Shown here in pieces: positions 62,453 to 64,000 of a stretch of DNA of 64,000 nucleotides. A model generated the notes under the pieces. The model was given only the letters and a program-made list of their open reading frames with translations, did not search any database and was not told the origin of the DNA. Numbering within the stretch: the first letter of the stretch is position 1; every line of letters begins with the position of its first letter. Position numbers and translations under genes: made by a program. The DNA comes from Pyrinomonadaceae bacterium (GTDB lineage: Bacteria > Acidobacteriota > Blastocatellia > Pyrinomonadales > Pyrinomonadaceae), in the NCBI GenBank assembly GCA_046313635.1, contig JBKBYA010000004.1, positions 169,581-233,580 of the forward strand, given 5' to 3'.

Positions 62453-63838
62453 TCAGCGTCTCTCGAGCCGCATCCGCATTCCAAATTTCGGCCGCAGCGT
62501 GATCATCGGCTGCAGGTCGATCTTCTGTTCGGGAACGAGTCGCAGTCGCCATCGTCTCGCGAGTGTCGCGAGCAGCAGCGTCGCCTCGGTCCACGCAAAG
62601 CCCTCGCCGATGCATCGCCGCGTGCCGCCGCCGAAGGGGAAATAGATGAATCTCTGTCCCGCCTCCTTGACCGAGCGGCCCGCGGCCAGCCAACGCTCGG
62701 GACGGAACGCCTCGGGCTCGTCCCAGAATCGCGGATCGCGGTGCATCACCCACTGGCTCGCGAGCACGAGCGAGCCCTTTGGAATTCGATACCCGCCGAG
62801 TTCGTGCTCTTCGATCGCCAGTCGCCCGACCGTCCACGCCGGCGGATAGAGCCGCATCGACTCGGCGACGACAGCCTCGACGTAGGGCGATTGCGGATCG
62901 CGGATTTCGGATTGCGGAATTTCAGACCTGTCGCCGGCATTCCGAAATCCGAAATCCGAAATCCGCATTTCTTCGTGAAGTTTCGCCTCAACCTCGGGAT
63001 TCTCCGACAGCAGGTACCAGGTCCAGGTGAGGGCATTGGCGGTCGTCTCGTGGCCGGCGAGAAAGAGTGTGAGGGCCTCGTCGCGGACCTGCTCGTCCGA
63101 CATTCCGCGGCCGTCGTCCTCGTCCTGCGCGAGCAGGAGCATCGAGAGCAGATCGCCCTTGTCCTCGCCAGAGCGCCGCCGCTCGTCGATGATGCCGTAG
63201 ATGACCGAGTTCAGCGTGTCGCGCGCGTGACGGTAGCGGCGGCTCTGCGGGAGCGGGAGCTTCTCAAGCCACTCTGAGAATGGCAGCAGCAAAAAGTTGA
63301 ACATCGACACGAGCGTTGTCATCGCACGGCCGACCTCGTCGGCCTCGTCGCCGACCTCCGCGCCGAATAGGGTCTTGCCGACGATCTGCAGCGTCAGGTG
63401 CATCATCTCGTGATCGATGTCGCGCACGTCGCCGTCGCTCCACGAGCCGCTCATTCGCTCGGCGTAATCGACCATCGTACGGGCGTATTCGGCGATGCGC
63501 GTCTTGTGAAACGCAGGCTGGATCATTCGCCGCTGGCGGAGGTGAAATTCGCCCTCAGCCGTCAGCAGCCCGTCGCCGAGCAGAGATCTTGCACGCTGGA
63601 GGGCCCGGCCTTTTTTGAATTTGTGCGCGTTGACGACGAGCAGGTCGCGAATGAGGTCGGGGTGATTGACGAGAAACGCGCGCTGCGGGCCCATCCGAAA
63701 CGCCGCAACGTCGCCGAGCCTCGAGAGCCGCGTCAAAAAGCCCGTCGGGTCGCCGCGAAACGATCTGAAATGCCCACCGAAAAGGTCGGGCCTGACCGAT
63801 GGCGGCAATGAAGCAATGTCCGCAGCACGCCGTGCCAT
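62453..63838 (-). CDS. Cytochrome P450 with repeat-derived segment before the K helix
   Basis: AGHETTA, ESMR, PERW, FGGGTRRCIG. Confidence 0.95.
   Translation of the reverse strand: MARRAADIASLPPSVRPDLFGGHFRSFRGDPTGFLTRLSRLGDVAAFRMGPQRAFLVNHPDLIRDLLVVNAHKFKKGRALQRARSLLGDGLLTAEGEFHLRQRRMIQPAFHKTRIAEYARTMVDYAERMSGSWSDGDVRDIDHEMMHLTLQIVGKTLFGAEVGDEADEVGRAMTTLVSMFNFLLLPFSEWLEKLPLPQSRRYRHARDTLNSVIYGIIDERRRSGEDKGDLLSMLLLAQDEDDGRGMSDEQVRDEALTLFLAGHETTANALTWTWYLLSENPEVEAKLHEEMRISDFGFRNAGDRSEIPQSEIRDPQSPYVEAVVAESMRLYPPAWTVGRLAIEEHELGGYRIPKGSLVLASQWVMHRDPRFWDEPEAFRPERWLAAGRSVKEAGQRFIYFPFGGGTRRCIGEGFAWTEATLLLATLARRWRLRLVPEQKIDLQPMITLRPKFGMRMRLERR
62889..62968. repeat. In-frame inverted heptamer array (GATTKCG)x4 / (GAAATCC)x4 in the P450
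   Basis: Encodes MRISDFGFRN...IPQSEIRDPQS. Confidence 0.9.
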
Positions 63839-64000
63839 TACGTCGAGATTAGAACGGATACGATCGCCGCGCAACGCCGCCGAAAGCAGCGAGCCGTCTC
63901 TCCCCTGTGCGTGCTTTGGGAACTTTTGGGGGGAAGTTTCCCCCAAAGCACCAAAGACAAAAAAAAAGGACCAACAGCTTGCGTAGGACGATGGCTCTCC

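Noticed and set aside
63911..63951. GC-rich hairpin upstream of the P450 as riboswitch or ncRNA
   Set aside because: No known aptamer motif recognised, and context is cut by the window edge.

Overview
GC-rich bacterial chromosome segment, probably Acidobacteriota/Blastocatellia. That placement is inferred from the large carboxypeptidase-regulatory-domain TonB receptors and the gene repertoire, and was not tested. Content is mostly housekeeping and metabolic: gatB, prfA, rpmE, ligA, glyA, recQ, ald, pstSCAB-phoU, a guanine deaminase/xanthine dehydrogenase cluster, two TonB-dependent receptors, HtrA, a DsbA-like protein, glutaminyl cyclase, mpg and a P450. I saw no rRNA, tRNA, CRISPR array, integrase or transposase. 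The most striking signal is a dense population of small palindromic repeats: several REP-like hairpin families, and inverted arrays of 7-bp tandem repeats whose unit changes from site to site. They occupy gene junctions, supply stop codons, and also sit in frame inside apparently intact enzymes (five in xdhA, one each in the P450 and a PDZ/DUF512 protein). Other candidates: (1) a DUF4388-J-TPR / HD-GYP / motif-less adenine-methyltransferase-like cluster; (2) a lipoprotein glutaminyl cyclase, with most predicted secreted proteins in the window starting with Gln; (3) three nucleotidyltransferase TA-like cassettes, two of them decayed; (4) a clear sigma54 promoter with an upstream palindrome.
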